Below are positions 35,901 through 45,003 of a stretch of 64,000 nt of DNA, in pieces. The stretch lies in NCBI GenBank assembly GCA_964449135.1, contig CAYUXZ010000006.1:301-64300 (forward strand). The letters run 5' to 3'. The position numbers and the translations under genes were made by a program. The notes beneath the pieces are model-generated. The model saw only the letters and a program-made list of their open reading frames with translations, did not search any database and had not been told where the DNA came from. The DNA comes from an uncultured Gammaproteobacteria bacterium. GTDB taxonomy: Bacteria > Pseudomonadota > Gammaproteobacteria > Xanthomonadales > Xanthomonadaceae. The stretch's first letter is position 1. Every line of letters starts with the position of its first letter.

Positions 35901-36446
35901 TTCCGTCGTGTGCGCGTCCTGTCCGAAGTTCCTCCATAGGTCGTTCGCGCATTCCTCGCGCAGCGTCCGTTCGCTGCCGATCAGTTCGGGCGCGATGAAG
36001 TCCTGGCCGGTTTCCAGCGCATGGTCGGCGAGAACGCGCGTGCACCAGCCATGGATCGTGGACACCGCAGCGAGGTCGGTCTCCTGTTCGGCGCGGCGCA
36101 GGCGCCGGCGCAGCGCCGCGATGTCGTCGCGCCGTGCCTGCGCCTGCACGATCGCATGCGTGACCGGATAGGCCGGATCGCCCACGTCCGCTTCGGCTTC
36201 GTCCGGCCAGGCGATGGCGATGCGCACGGCGAGCGCGATCCGCTGCCGCAATTTCTCGCGCAGATCCTGCGCGGCCGCGTCGGTATAGGTGACCGCGAGG
36301 ATTTGTCCGATCCGCAGTCCGCGCTCGATCAGCAGTCGCGTCACGAGGGTCGCGAGCGTGAAGGTCTTGCCGGTGCCCGCGCTCGCCTCGATCAGGCGCA
36401 CGCCGTCGAGTTCCAGTTCGAGGAAAGGATCGCGCGGCGCGTTCAT
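32922..36446 (-). CDS. recB: exodeoxyribonuclease V beta subunit
   Basis: 1174 aa from the ATG at 36446 (ATGA overlap with the recC stop). IEASAGTGKTFTL, UvrD-type helicase motifs, and the C-terminal nuclease GRIDLVYEH...VLDYKSN. Confidence 0.9.
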   Translation of the reverse strand: MNAPRDPFLELELDGVRLIEASAGTGKTFTLATLVTRLLIERGLRIGQILAVTYTDAAAQDLREKLRQRIALAVRIAIAWPDEAEADVGDPAYPVTHAIVQAQARRDDIAALRRRLRRAEQETDLAAVSTIHGWCTRVLADHALETGQDFIAPELIGSERTLREECANDLWRNFGQDAHTTELMQQQWKDPPALAKDLHVLLGAQRMLPAVPPETPDPLPEVQRAAGNLRAVFATHGDTARALLDAAIAAKALNANSYKAAAIDTLWRTLRFWAAQESAPPPDARLGLLAPEHLSAKTNKGKVTPQSPLFEAVARYLAAEGARQAWLADRRLALMHRARTEAATLIERRKRELRVRTYDDLIDAVFDALGGEQGPALTECLRKKHAAALVDEFQDTDERQWTIFRHVFGESTLFLIGDPKQAIYRFRGGDVHAYLAAAREASPAPALTHNFRSRPVLLRAIDALYAQAGAVAFVDSRIRFRAVEAGGSVADADFLRAGTVAPALTLRRLPAQGDGEPWNAGDSRAHATAACVEAIHALLQDARAGRASIRPKADQSPRALRAGDIAVLVRKHAEATQVRAALVAAGIPAVAAGKRSVFASEAAQELLTLFEALQRPGDEARLRAALATVLLGQDAEAIARLDADDEARRDWQLRAQGWRERWERHGPLPLIADRCADNAPRLLARDDGERRLTDAMQLGELLQEASLRVPALRGLVDWLRSRIAQADDEDEAAQLRLESDARCVQILTLHKSKGLEFPLVFLPFAAIGGGGRSVGRYCEYHDENGRVLRLQPADASDPDWQDAVAASRTEDAAEDARLLYVGLTRAQHALWLASGPLHASGNTPLAPMLGDLDALRALDGIAVDEGELPDDVPSRLPPETATPPPPARIARRALRRDWWVYSFSSLQREDAGGENADERGAADETAGAADTRFAGTRFGNALHSALERLDFARWRDAAADAPPSGDEEILASALRREGYAEADLAEGVPLLVRMIRATLHARLPEGRRLCDLPVEARRAEMEFHFALAPVDIDRLIALLHAHGIASARNGFGSRRRIEGLMTGRIDLVYEHAGRFHVLDYKSNRLSDYGADALAEAMRESEYDLQALIYTLALHRWLRFRLGEAYDYDTHVGGARYLFCRGLDESGAGIHAQRPSRELIEALDALFGANARSAA

Positions 36447-39400
36447 GCCGCGTCCCCGTCCGCGCGCCCTTCCACGAGCACATCGAACACCTGCGTCGCG
36501 ATCCTGCGGAAATGTTCGCCCCAGTTCGCATCGGAGAACGGGTCGCGATCGCGCAGCGCGAGCCGCGCGGCCGGCGTGGTCGCTTCGCCCCAGGCGTAGC
36601 CGCCGCCGTGCCATTGCGTGCGCGCCGCGTTCCATCCGTCCTTTCCGTTTGCGCGCGCGGCGTACCAGAGCCAGCCCGCGCGCGGCAGGAACGGCAGCGG
36701 TTCGCACAGCCCCTGTACGCGCAGTCGCAGCAGCGCACCCAGCGCGGCGCGCGCGCGCGCCGCAGGAATCGGATCGCGGACATGCGGACCGACGGCCTTT
36801 TCGATTTCCGCGAACTGCACCAGCGGCCGCGCTTCGTCCAGCGCGCACGCGACCAGCCAATCCAATCCGTGCGCGACCTGCGCCGCGCCATCCAGGGCGC
36901 CGATGTGCACGCGCGCGAGTCCACTCGCATACACGTCATCGAGTTGCCCGCACAGATGCACGCCGTCGATTTCGATATCAACCAAACGCGATGCGCGCGC
37001 GGCAGCATCGCTGCGCCAGCGCACGAACGCATCAGCGTATGGCTGCACTTCGCCCAGCAGCGCATCGAGCTGCTCGCGGCCCAGCGGCCCCGACGGCAGC
37101 AGCGCTTGCGCGCGCAGTCGCTCGGGCAGGCCGCGCGCATCGCCGCGCACGCAGGCATCGAACACCGCGCGTCGCAAACGATGCCGCTGCAGGCCGCGAC
37201 CGGGTAGCGCCAGCGGCTCGACGTCCTCGTCGACTTCTTCCTCGTCGGGCAGGCGGATGTCGAGCCGCCGCCGAAGGAATGCGCGCGCCGGATCGCGCAG
37301 GAAGCCGCGCAATGCGTCGAGCGACACTTCCTCGGCGATCGGCAGTTCCGGCAACACCGCACGCAGCCACGGGGTGGTGGGAGTTTTCGCCCCGAGTGCG
37401 GCGAGCGCTCCCGGATGCCATTCGTGCCGGTAACTGAACCGCCGCGGATCGAACACGTCTTCGTCGTTCGCGGCCGCGCCGAACGCCTGCGGCGCGAACG
37501 GCTGCAGAGGATGACGGACCACCAGGTCCTTGCGCGCCGCATCCGGTTCGGTGTGATACCGCGCGGCGACGTCCAGCAATTCACCGACCAGCGCCGAGGG
37601 TTCGCGCACGCTCGCGTCGCGCGGATCGCCGCCGAGGAAGCTCAGATAGAACGCGTCGCCGGCTGCGGCGAGCAATTGCAGGAACAGGTAGCGGTCGTCC
37701 TCGCGCAACGAACGATCACCGCGCCGGCGCTTGCCGTCGTTGAGCGCGGTAGCGAGGCGGTTGAACTCGCCGGCCGGATCGCGCCGCGGAAACTCGCCGT
37801 CGTTCATGCCGAGCACGCAGATCACGCGGAACGGAATCAGCCGCATCGGCACCATCCGGCTGAAGCTGATGCCTCCGGTGAGGAACGGCGCGCGCGCGTC
37901 GGCGTCGGCGAGCAGCGCGGCGAAATGCACGCGCACGACCTCCGGCGGCAGCGGCGCATCGAAGCCGGCGACATCCGTGTTCTTCCGGAAGTCCTCCAGC
38001 GCTTCGCGCAGGCGCTCGAGCGCGCGCTGGTCGGCGCGTTCGCGCGGGCGTTCCGGCGCGATCTCCGCGAGCAGTTCGAGCAAGTGCTGTTGCCAGACGC
38101 GCGGCGGCGGCGACCGCGCGAACTCCCTCTCGCAGCGTTCGAGCACGCGCAGCAGACGCAGCAGTGCGTCCAGCGCCGACAGCACGCTGCCTTCGAGTTC
38201 GATCCAGGGCGCCACGTCGGCGATCGGTTGCTCGTCTCCCGCCGCGTAGCCGAGCAGCAGGCGATCGAGCGCGAAGCGCCAGGTGAAGGCATCGTCCGCA
38301 GGCGCGCCGCGCCGCGCACGGTGCGCGGCGTCCAGGCCCCAGCGCGCGCCGGCGTCGCGCAGCCAGCGGCGCAGCGCGTCCAGCGCGTGCGGTGCGACCT
38401 CGAAACGTTCTGCGATGGCAGGCACCGCAAGCAGGTCGAGTACTTCGGTCACGCCCAGGCGCGACAGCGGCAATGCGAGCAGGCGCAGGAACACATCGGC
38501 GAGCGGCAGCGTCGCGAGCGCGCTGCCGTCGGCAACTGCGTACGGCAGGTGTGTCGAGGCCGCGCCGATGCCACGACCCGCATCCTCGCCACCGAACACC
38601 GCCGCGATGTGCGGCAGGTAGGGATCGAGGTCGGGCGCGAGCACGGCGATATCGCGCGGTTCGAGCGTAGGATCGGCTTCGAGCAGCGCGCGCAGTCGGT
38701 CGTGCAGCACCTGCACTTCGCGTAGCCGCGTATGGCAGGAGTGTATCTGCAGGCTTGCGTCGCTGCGATCGACCGCATCGCGCGATGCGTCCGACGATGG
38801 TGCGCGCCGGTCGAGCAGATCGCGTTGCAGTCGCTGCAGCAGCGCGTCCTTCGAAGGCTCGGCGTAGGCGGCGATCTCGAGGGAGGGATGCATGAGATCG
38901 TATCCGGCGAGCAGCGCGACGAGGTCGCGCCCGGCGCGACCCCAGCTTTCCAGCAACGGGTTTTCCTCGATCGCGAACGCGCCCTCGTCGTCGCCCTCGT
39001 GCAGGCGCTCGGACAGGCTGCGCAGGTCGCCCCAGTATTTGCGGCACGGCGTGGGCAGGTAGAAATGCAGCGTGCCCGCGCGCGCCTGGGTCGCGACCAC
39101 GCGCAACGCGTCCGGCGAGGCGTTGATGCACGCGAACACGAACAAGCGAGAAGGCAGTCCGATTGGCGGCTTCGAATCCTCGCCGGCAAATCGCGCGAGA
39201 TACTCGTCGATGCGTCGCGCGCGATGCGGCCGGCCGCGCGCTACGCGACGCCAGAGTTCCGCCTGCCAGTCGGTCGGATCGGCGCCGGCTTCCCAACGCA
39301 GCAGCCAATCACGACGCCAGGCCTGGTATTTCTCGAACGCATTCGCGAGTTCGCCCGCGAGCGAGAAGGACTTGAGCGGATCGTCGCCGCGCAGGTAGCC

Positions 39401-39760
39401 GGAGAGCTCGGCAAGCACCGGATGCCGCAGCACGGATGGATCGCGCAGCAACGCATACAGCTTCCAGCGCAGCGCCTCCGCGTCGAAGCCGTCGGCGTCC
39501 TTCGCTTCAGGCCCATTCATGCACAACGCTTCATGTACGAATTCGCCGGGCGTCAAAAAACGCACGTTCGCGGCAACACCGTGCGTTTGTGCAAGCGTGT
39601 TCTGCAGCCAGCGCCGCATCGCGGCCTGCGGGATCACGATCGTGTCGGGCTCGAGCACTGCCCGTCCAGCGACCGGCTTGCGGAGTTCGTCGGCCAACAG
39701 CCCGGCGAGCACTTCCAGCGAATTGCCGTGGTACAGCCGGAAGTCGGAAGGTGCGCTCAT
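36443..39760 (-). CDS. recC: exodeoxyribonuclease V gamma subunit
   Basis: 1105 aa from the ATG at 39760. MSAPSDFRLYHGNSLEVLAGLL aligns with the RecC N-terminus (LRVYHSNRLDVL in E. coli, from memory). Confidence 0.9.
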   Translation of the reverse strand: MSAPSDFRLYHGNSLEVLAGLLADELRKPVAGRAVLEPDTIVIPQAAMRRWLQNTLAQTHGVAANVRFLTPGEFVHEALCMNGPEAKDADGFDAEALRWKLYALLRDPSVLRHPVLAELSGYLRGDDPLKSFSLAGELANAFEKYQAWRRDWLLRWEAGADPTDWQAELWRRVARGRPHRARRIDEYLARFAGEDSKPPIGLPSRLFVFACINASPDALRVVATQARAGTLHFYLPTPCRKYWGDLRSLSERLHEGDDEGAFAIEENPLLESWGRAGRDLVALLAGYDLMHPSLEIAAYAEPSKDALLQRLQRDLLDRRAPSSDASRDAVDRSDASLQIHSCHTRLREVQVLHDRLRALLEADPTLEPRDIAVLAPDLDPYLPHIAAVFGGEDAGRGIGAASTHLPYAVADGSALATLPLADVFLRLLALPLSRLGVTEVLDLLAVPAIAERFEVAPHALDALRRWLRDAGARWGLDAAHRARRGAPADDAFTWRFALDRLLLGYAAGDEQPIADVAPWIELEGSVLSALDALLRLLRVLERCEREFARSPPPRVWQQHLLELLAEIAPERPRERADQRALERLREALEDFRKNTDVAGFDAPLPPEVVRVHFAALLADADARAPFLTGGISFSRMVPMRLIPFRVICVLGMNDGEFPRRDPAGEFNRLATALNDGKRRRGDRSLREDDRYLFLQLLAAAGDAFYLSFLGGDPRDASVREPSALVGELLDVAARYHTEPDAARKDLVVRHPLQPFAPQAFGAAANDEDVFDPRRFSYRHEWHPGALAALGAKTPTTPWLRAVLPELPIAEEVSLDALRGFLRDPARAFLRRRLDIRLPDEEEVDEDVEPLALPGRGLQRHRLRRAVFDACVRGDARGLPERLRAQALLPSGPLGREQLDALLGEVQPYADAFVRWRSDAAARASRLVDIEIDGVHLCGQLDDVYASGLARVHIGALDGAAQVAHGLDWLVACALDEARPLVQFAEIEKAVGPHVRDPIPAARARAALGALLRLRVQGLCEPLPFLPRAGWLWYAARANGKDGWNAARTQWHGGGYAWGEATTPAARLALRDRDPFSDANWGEHFRRIATQVFDVLVEGRADGDAA

Positions 39761-39808
39761 CGCCGCATCATGCCCGGACGCGGTCGCAACGCGCGAGACT
39801 GCGCGCAC

Positions 39809-40996
39809 TCACTCGACGCGGCAGAACACCGCCTTGAGGTAGCGGCTCTCCGGCACGTTCGCGAGGAACGGATGGTCCGCGCCCGCGCCGGCGATCTTCA
39901 CGACCTGCAGCGAGCGGCCCGCGTAGAATGCCGCGCGGCGCAGCATGTCGAGGAACTGTTCCTCGCTGACAAGGCCCGTGCAGGAGCAGCTGAGGTAGAA
40001 GCCGCCGGGCTTCACCACCGACATCGCCAGCTTGTTCATGTCGAGGTATTTCTTCAGCGCGGGGATGACCTGCTCGCGATCGCGGGTCATCTTCGCCGGG
40101 TCGAGGATGACCGCGTCGAACTGCTCGCCGTTCGCGCCCGCATCGCGCAGCCACGGGAACAGGTCGGCCTGCACGAAGCGCACCCTGGCATCGTTGAGCT
40201 GGGCGTTCTTCTTCGCGATCGCGAGGATCTCCTCGTCGAGGTCGAGGCCGATCACTTCCTCCGCATGGCCGCGCGCCTTGGCGTAGATGCCGAAGCCGCC
40301 GGAGTTGCAGCATAGATCGAGCACGCGCGCGCCGGCGACGTGGCGCGCGAACCACTCGCGGTTGTCCCGCTGGTCGGCGAAGAAGCCGGTCTTGTGTCCG
40401 CTGCCGGGGCTGGCGCGGAACTTCACGCCGTACTCGGTGATGACCGCGGGCGCGGGCGCGTCGGACGCTCGGAAGTCGAAGCTCTCCTGCTTCTGCACGT
40501 GGTCTTCGGAAAAGGCATAGAAGCGGCAACCAGGGAACTGCTCGCGCAGGGCCTCGTAGATCCATTCGCGGTGGCGGAACATGCCGGCGGAGAAGAACTC
40601 GACCACCAGCAGGTCGGCGTAGCGGTCGACGACGAGGCCGGAAAGGCCGTCGCCTTCGGCATGGACGACGCGCCAGGCGTCGCTCACTTCGTCGAGCCCG
40701 AGCACGTCGCGGCGCAACGACACCGCGCGCGCGATGCGGCGGCGGAACCAGTCGGCGTCGATCGGCTCGTTCGCATCGTTGGTCAGCACGCGCAGGGTGA
40801 TGCGCGAGTGGCCGTTGTAGAAGCCGCGTCCGATCCAGCCACTGCTGTTGTCGTGGATCTCGACCACGCTGCCCGGCTTGGGCCGCGTCGCAGGTTTCTC
40901 CACCATTTTCTGGTAGATCCACGGGTGCTGCGCGTTCGGGTGACTCGCCGGACGCGCGGTCTTGAGGCGGATCACGGGGTTGCCTGGAAGGTTCAT
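39809..40996 (-). CDS. rlmI: SAM-dependent 23S rRNA m5C methyltransferase, RlmI-like (PUA plus class I MTase)
   Basis: ~395 aa. HPWIYQKMV, GLVVDRY, KTGFFADQRDNR, VLDLCCNSGGFG and DPAKM are RlmI/YccW-like. The alternative ATG at 41017 adds 7 aa. Confidence 0.7.
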   Translation of the reverse strand: MNLPGNPVIRLKTARPASHPNAQHPWIYQKMVEKPATRPKPGSVVEIHDNSSGWIGRGFYNGHSRITLRVLTNDANEPIDADWFRRRIARAVSLRRDVLGLDEVSDAWRVVHAEGDGLSGLVVDRYADLLVVEFFSAGMFRHREWIYEALREQFPGCRFYAFSEDHVQKQESFDFRASDAPAPAVITEYGVKFRASPGSGHKTGFFADQRDNREWFARHVAGARVLDLCCNSGGFGIYAKARGHAEEVIGLDLDEEILAIAKKNAQLNDARVRFVQADLFPWLRDAGANGEQFDAVILDPAKMTRDREQVIPALKKYLDMNKLAMSVVKPGGFYLSCSCTGLVSEEQFLDMLRRAAFYAGRSLQVVKIAGAGADHPFLANVPESRYLKAVFCRVE

Positions 40997-41054
40997 GCGC
41001 GCATGATACCGGCCCATCCGTTGCGTTCACGGTTTGCGCCCTCATCTAGCGGTC

Positions 41055-41873
41055 ATGGACCTGCCCCTGCCCGATCCCGCCGCCGCTGCCGCACAGGCGC
41101 GCCCGCTCGTGGGGCAATTCAAGCGCGCGGCGTCGGCAAGCCTGGGCTTCGTCGCGCTGCTGGGCCTGATCAAGGTCTTTGAGCACTGGACCGGGCAGCC
41201 GTTCGATGCGCTCGCGCTGCGCCCGCACGAAATCGCCGGGCTGATCGGCGTGTTCATCGCGCCGCTACTGCATGCCTCGCTCGATCACCTGGTTTCCAAC
41301 GCGCTGCCGCTGCTGATACTCGGCACGCTCGCGGGAGGCCTGTATCCGCGCGCTTCCTTGCGCGCCCTGCCTCTGGTCTGGATCGGTTCGGGCCTCGGCG
41401 TGTGGTTCATTGGCCAACCCGGCAGCGCGCACATTGGCGCGAGCGGGATCGCGCACGGCCTGATGTTCCTGGTGTTCGTGCTCGGCGTGCTGCGCCGCGA
41501 CCGGCAGGCGATCGCCGCCGGGATGATGGCGTTCTTCCTCTACGGCGGAATGTTGCTGACGATCTTCCCGCGTGAGCTGGACGTTTCCTGGGAATCGCAT
41601 CTGTGCGGCGCGATCGCCGGCACGCTCGCGGCGATTTTCTGGCGTCGGCTCGATCCTCCATTGCCGCGCAAGCGCTACAGCTGGGAAGACGAACCCGACG
41701 AGGACGAGGAGCACGACGCCGCGCTCAGCCACGAACTCCCGCGCGGCAGCGCCGAGGACGCGTGGATCGAGAATGACTGGGACGCGGGCCTGGACTGGGA
41801 CGACGATCCGGCAGCCTCTGCCGATGCGCCGCCGCCGCGACGCAGGCGGCGCGGTTCGCGCCGCCTGCACTGA
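41055..41873 (+). CDS. rhomboid-family intramembrane serine protease
   Basis: Multi-TM protein with GASGIAHGLMF (GxSG) and a later His in WESHLCGAIAG. Has an acidic/Trp-rich tail ending in poly-Arg. The track TTG start at 41034 is possible. Confidence 0.7.
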   Translation: MDLPLPDPAAAAAQARPLVGQFKRAASASLGFVALLGLIKVFEHWTGQPFDALALRPHEIAGLIGVFIAPLLHASLDHLVSNALPLLILGTLAGGLYPRASLRALPLVWIGSGLGVWFIGQPGSAHIGASGIAHGLMFLVFVLGVLRRDRQAIAAGMMAFFLYGGMLLTIFPRELDVSWESHLCGAIAGTLAAIFWRRLDPPLPRKRYSWEDEPDEDEEHDAALSHELPRGSAEDAWIENDWDAGLDWDDDPAASADAPPPRRRRRGSRRLH

Positions 41874-41958
41874 ACCCCGCCGCTTCGCCGGCAATGTGCG
41901 GGTTTCCCGCGCGCGGGCTTGGGCCTACACTGCATCCATATCGCGCGCGGAAATCGTC

Positions 41959-42849
41959 ATGGCCTCCACCCCGAACCGGGTCGAACACCAGATGACCGAC
42001 AAAGGCTACGTGCCGGTCTATACGACCGCCGTTGTCGAGCAGCCCTGGTCAAGTTACAGCGCGACCGATCATGCGACCTGGGCGACCCTGTTCGCGCGCC
42101 AGCAGGCGTTGCTGCCGAACCGTGCTTCACAGGCTTTCCTCGACAACCTGTCGCGGATGCGGATGGGCGCGGAAGCAATCCCGAAATTCGACGACCTCAA
42201 CCGGATGCTGCGCAAGAGCACCGGTTGGGAACTGGTCGGCGTCGAGGGCCTGCTGCCCGAGCTGACTTTTTTCGACCACCTCGCCAACCGCCGTTTCCCG
42301 GTGACATGGTGGATCCGCAAGCCCGAACAACTCGACTACCTCGCAGAGCCCGACCTGTTCCACGATCTGTTCGGCCACGTGCCCCTTTTGATGGAACCCG
42401 TCTTCGCCGACTACATGCAGGCCTACGGCCGGGGCGGCGTGAAGGCGCACGGGATCGGCGTGCAGGCGCTGGTACATCTGACGCGGCTGTACTGGTACAC
42501 GGTGGAATTCGGCCTGATCCGCGAACCGGGCGGCCTGCGCATCTACGGGTCAGGGATCGTGTCTTCGAAAGGCGAATCGATCCACTGCCTGGAGTCGCTG
42601 GCGCCGAACCGGATCGGCTTCGATCTGCGCCGGATCATGCGCACGCGCTATCGCATCGACACCTATCAGAAGACCTATTTCGTGATCGACGGCTACGAGC
42701 AACTCATGGACGCGACCCGGCCCGACTTCGCGCCCATCTATGCAGAGCTCGCAAGCCAAGACTCGATCCCCGCCGGCGACGTGCGCGAATCCGATCGCGT
42801 GTTCCACCGCGGCAGCGGCGAAGGCTGGCTGAACGACGGCGACGTCTGA
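41959..42849 (+). CDS. phhA: phenylalanine 4-monooxygenase
   Basis: 296 aa from the ATG at 41959. The iron ligands context PDLFHDLFGHVPLL and LYWYTVEFGL, and IYGSGIVSS, are the aromatic amino-acid hydroxylase signature. Confidence 0.9.
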   Translation: MASTPNRVEHQMTDKGYVPVYTTAVVEQPWSSYSATDHATWATLFARQQALLPNRASQAFLDNLSRMRMGAEAIPKFDDLNRMLRKSTGWELVGVEGLLPELTFFDHLANRRFPVTWWIRKPEQLDYLAEPDLFHDLFGHVPLLMEPVFADYMQAYGRGGVKAHGIGVQALVHLTRLYWYTVEFGLIREPGGLRIYGSGIVSSKGESIHCLESLAPNRIGFDLRRIMRTRYRIDTYQKTYFVIDGYEQLMDATRPDFAPIYAELASQDSIPAGDVRESDRVFHRGSGEGWLNDGDV

Positions 42850-42896
42850 CGCGGGTCTCTTGGAACTATCGTTTCAGCCCGCATGTCGGAAGTTGG

Positions 42897-42961
42897 GCTA
42901 CGCAGACGGCAATTCGCATCGAATTAACTTAATCTTTACATTCGATGCAATTTCGCGTAGC
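42897..42961. repeat. imperfect 65-bp nested inverted repeat in AT-rich spacer upstream of the OMP gene
   Basis: Outer arms GCTACGC (42897-42903) / GCGTAGC (42955-42961). Inner arms GCATCGAAT (42916-42924) / ATTCGATGC (42940-42948). It overlaps a weak promoter candidate TTTACA-N17-TAGCCT (42935-42963). Confidence 0.6.
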
Positions 42962-43011
42962 CTGCCCGCGCCGAATTCCGGCCAACACTCCCTAATGGAT
43001 TGGAATAATTC

Positions 43012-43530
43012 ATGAAAAAGACTGTACTCCTCGCTTCCCTGCTGGCGCTGGCCGGCTTCTCCGCAGCCGCTTCGGCAGCCGACACCAACGGCTGGTACCT
43101 GCGCGGCGACCTGGGTTCGGCGCGTGTGTCCGCCAGCGGCCTGGGCCATGACGACACGTTCGGCGGCGCCGCGCGCGTCGGTTATTTCTTCAACCCGAAC
43201 TTCGCCGTCGAAGGCGGTTACGTCGATTTCGGTAGCCACAGCGTGTTCGGTGGCCACCTGCGCGTCGATGCGTGGGGCGGCGGCCTCGTCGCCAAGACGC
43301 ATTTCGACCAGAACCCGACCGGCTGGTACGTGGACGGCCGGCTGGGCGTCAACCGCCTGCACGCGTCAGCGTTCGGCGTGAGCGGCAACACCACCAAGGC
43401 CTATTTCGGCATCGGTGGCGGCTACGATTTCAGCCCGAACTTCGGCCTGAGCCTCAACTACCTGTACCAGGACAGCGATTCGAGCTCCAAGGCTCAGCTG
43501 CTGAGCGTCGGCTTCGAAGGCCGCTTCTGA
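43012..43530 (+). CDS. small outer-membrane beta-barrel protein (OmpA-like transmembrane / Ail-OmpX type)
   Basis: 172 aa. Signal peptide MKKTVLLASLLALAGFSAAASA, alternating aromatic/Gly beta-strand pattern, terminal Phe (GFEGRF). Confidence 0.8.
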   Translation: MKKTVLLASLLALAGFSAAASAADTNGWYLRGDLGSARVSASGLGHDDTFGGAARVGYFFNPNFAVEGGYVDFGSHSVFGGHLRVDAWGGGLVAKTHFDQNPTGWYVDGRLGVNRLHASAFGVSGNTTKAYFGIGGGYDFSPNFGLSLNYLYQDSDSSSKAQLLSVGFEGRF

Positions 43531-43552
43531 TCCAGCGTTTCGTGTAGCACCC

Positions 43553-43583
43553 GAACGGCCGCCTCCGGGCGGCCGTTCTTTTT
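43553..43583 (+). terminator. rho-independent terminator
   Basis: GAACGGCCGCC-TCCG-GGCGGCCGTTC followed by TTTTT, 22 nt after the OMP stop. Confidence 0.85.
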
Positions 43584-43638
43584 GGTGCTCGAAAAGCCCG
43601 CACCGTAGAATGCCGTCCTTCCCCGCGAGCGAACCGCC

Positions 43639-44667
43639 ATGAACCGCATTTCCCTGACCCGCTACCTGATCGAGGAGCAGCAGGCCGGCCGCATCTGCGC
43701 CGACCTGCGCCTGCTGATCGAGGTGGTCGCGCGCGCCTGCAAGACGATCTCGATCGCGGTCGGCAAGGGCGACCTCGGCGGCGTGCTCGGCGATGCCGGC
43801 ACCCCAGGCTCGACCAGCATGAACATCCAGGGCGAGGCGCAGAAGAAGCTCGACGTGCTGTCCAACGAGATCCTGCTCGAGACCAACGCTTGGGGCGGCC
43901 ACCTCGCAGCCTGCGCGTCCGAGGAGATGGACCACAGCCAGCCGATCCCGGACAGGTATCCGAAGGGCAACTACCTGCTGGTGTTCGATCCGCTCGACGG
44001 CAGCTCGAACATCGACGTCAACGTCACCGTCGGCACGATTTTCTCGGTGCTGCGCTGCCCGGACGGCGTGAGCCATCCCGGCGACGAGCACTTCCTGCAG
44101 CCGGGCCGCGACCAGGTCGCCGCGGGCTACGCGGCGTACGGCCCGAGCACGATGCTCGTGCTCACGGTCGGCAACGGCACCCACGCGTTCACGCTCGACC
44201 GCGAGATCGGCACCTTTGTGATGACCCGCCGCGACATCCGCATTCCAGAGGACACGAAGGAATTCGCCGCGAACGTCTCCAACCAGCGCCGCTGGGAAGC
44301 ACCGATGAAGCAGTATGTCGGCGAAATGCTGGCGGGCAAGGAAGGCCCGCGCGGGAAGGATTTCAACATGCGCTGGGTCGCGAGCATGGTCGCCGACGTG
44401 CACCGGATCCTGTCCCGCGGTGGCGTGTTCATCTATCCGCTGGATTCCAAGATCCTGGCGCAAGGCGGCAAGCTGCGCCTGCTCTATGAGGCCAATCCGA
44501 TGGCGTTGCTGGTCGAGCAGGCCGGCGGCGCGGCCAGCACCGGGCGCATGCGCATGCTCGATGTGCAGCCGGAAAAGCTGCATCAGCGCGTGCCGGTGTT
44601 CCTGGGATCCATGCGCGAAGTCGAATACGCCGTATCGCTGCACCACGCGTACGACGCAGGCCACTGA
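43639..44667 (+). CDS. fbp: fructose-1,6-bisphosphatase class 1
   Basis: 342 aa. [32 protein letters not shown] are the class I FBPase signature. Confidence 0.95.
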   Translation: MNRISLTRYLIEEQQAGRICADLRLLIEVVARACKTISIAVGKGDLGGVLGDAGTPGSTSMNIQGEAQKKLDVLSNEILLETNAWGGHLAACASEEMDHSQPIPDRYPKGNYLLVFDPLDGSSNIDVNVTVGTIFSVLRCPDGVSHPGDEHFLQPGRDQVAAGYAAYGPSTMLVLTVGNGTHAFTLDREIGTFVMTRRDIRIPEDTKEFAANVSNQRRWEAPMKQYVGEMLAGKEGPRGKDFNMRWVASMVADVHRILSRGGVFIYPLDSKILAQGGKLRLLYEANPMALLVEQAGGAASTGRMRMLDVQPEKLHQRVPVFLGSMREVEYAVSLHHAYDAGH

Positions 44668-44721
44668 TCGCCACGCCAAGCATGGGCTACACTGCGCCGA
44701 CCCGAATCCTGCGTTGACGCC

Positions 44722-44973
44722 ATGGGCTGGATCCTGCTGCTGCTTGCCGCCGCGTGCTTCGCGGTCCTGTTCTTTACGAAGTCGTTCGCGCTGGGCGTGG
44801 TCTGCCTCCTTCTCTCGTTGTTGTTGACCTTGCTCGGAGCGCTGAGCCTGTTGTCAGGGCGCATGGCCGACAACAGCCAGGGCGAACTCACGCCAGCCGA
44901 GTTGCAAGCGCTACGCAACAGCATGAAACGGCCGGATCCGCCTTCGGCCGATCCCACAGCGAAGCACGATTGA
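44722..44973 (+). CDS. small two-TM membrane protein, unknown function
   Basis: 83 aa: two hydrophobic helices then a polar tail. Confidence 0.45.
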   Translation: MGWILLLLAAACFAVLFFTKSFALGVVCLLLSLLLTLLGALSLLSGRMADNSQGELTPAELQALRNSMKRPDPPSADPTAKHD

Positions 44974-45003
44974 GGAATCGGTGGATCCCGACGCTTCGGG
45001 ATC

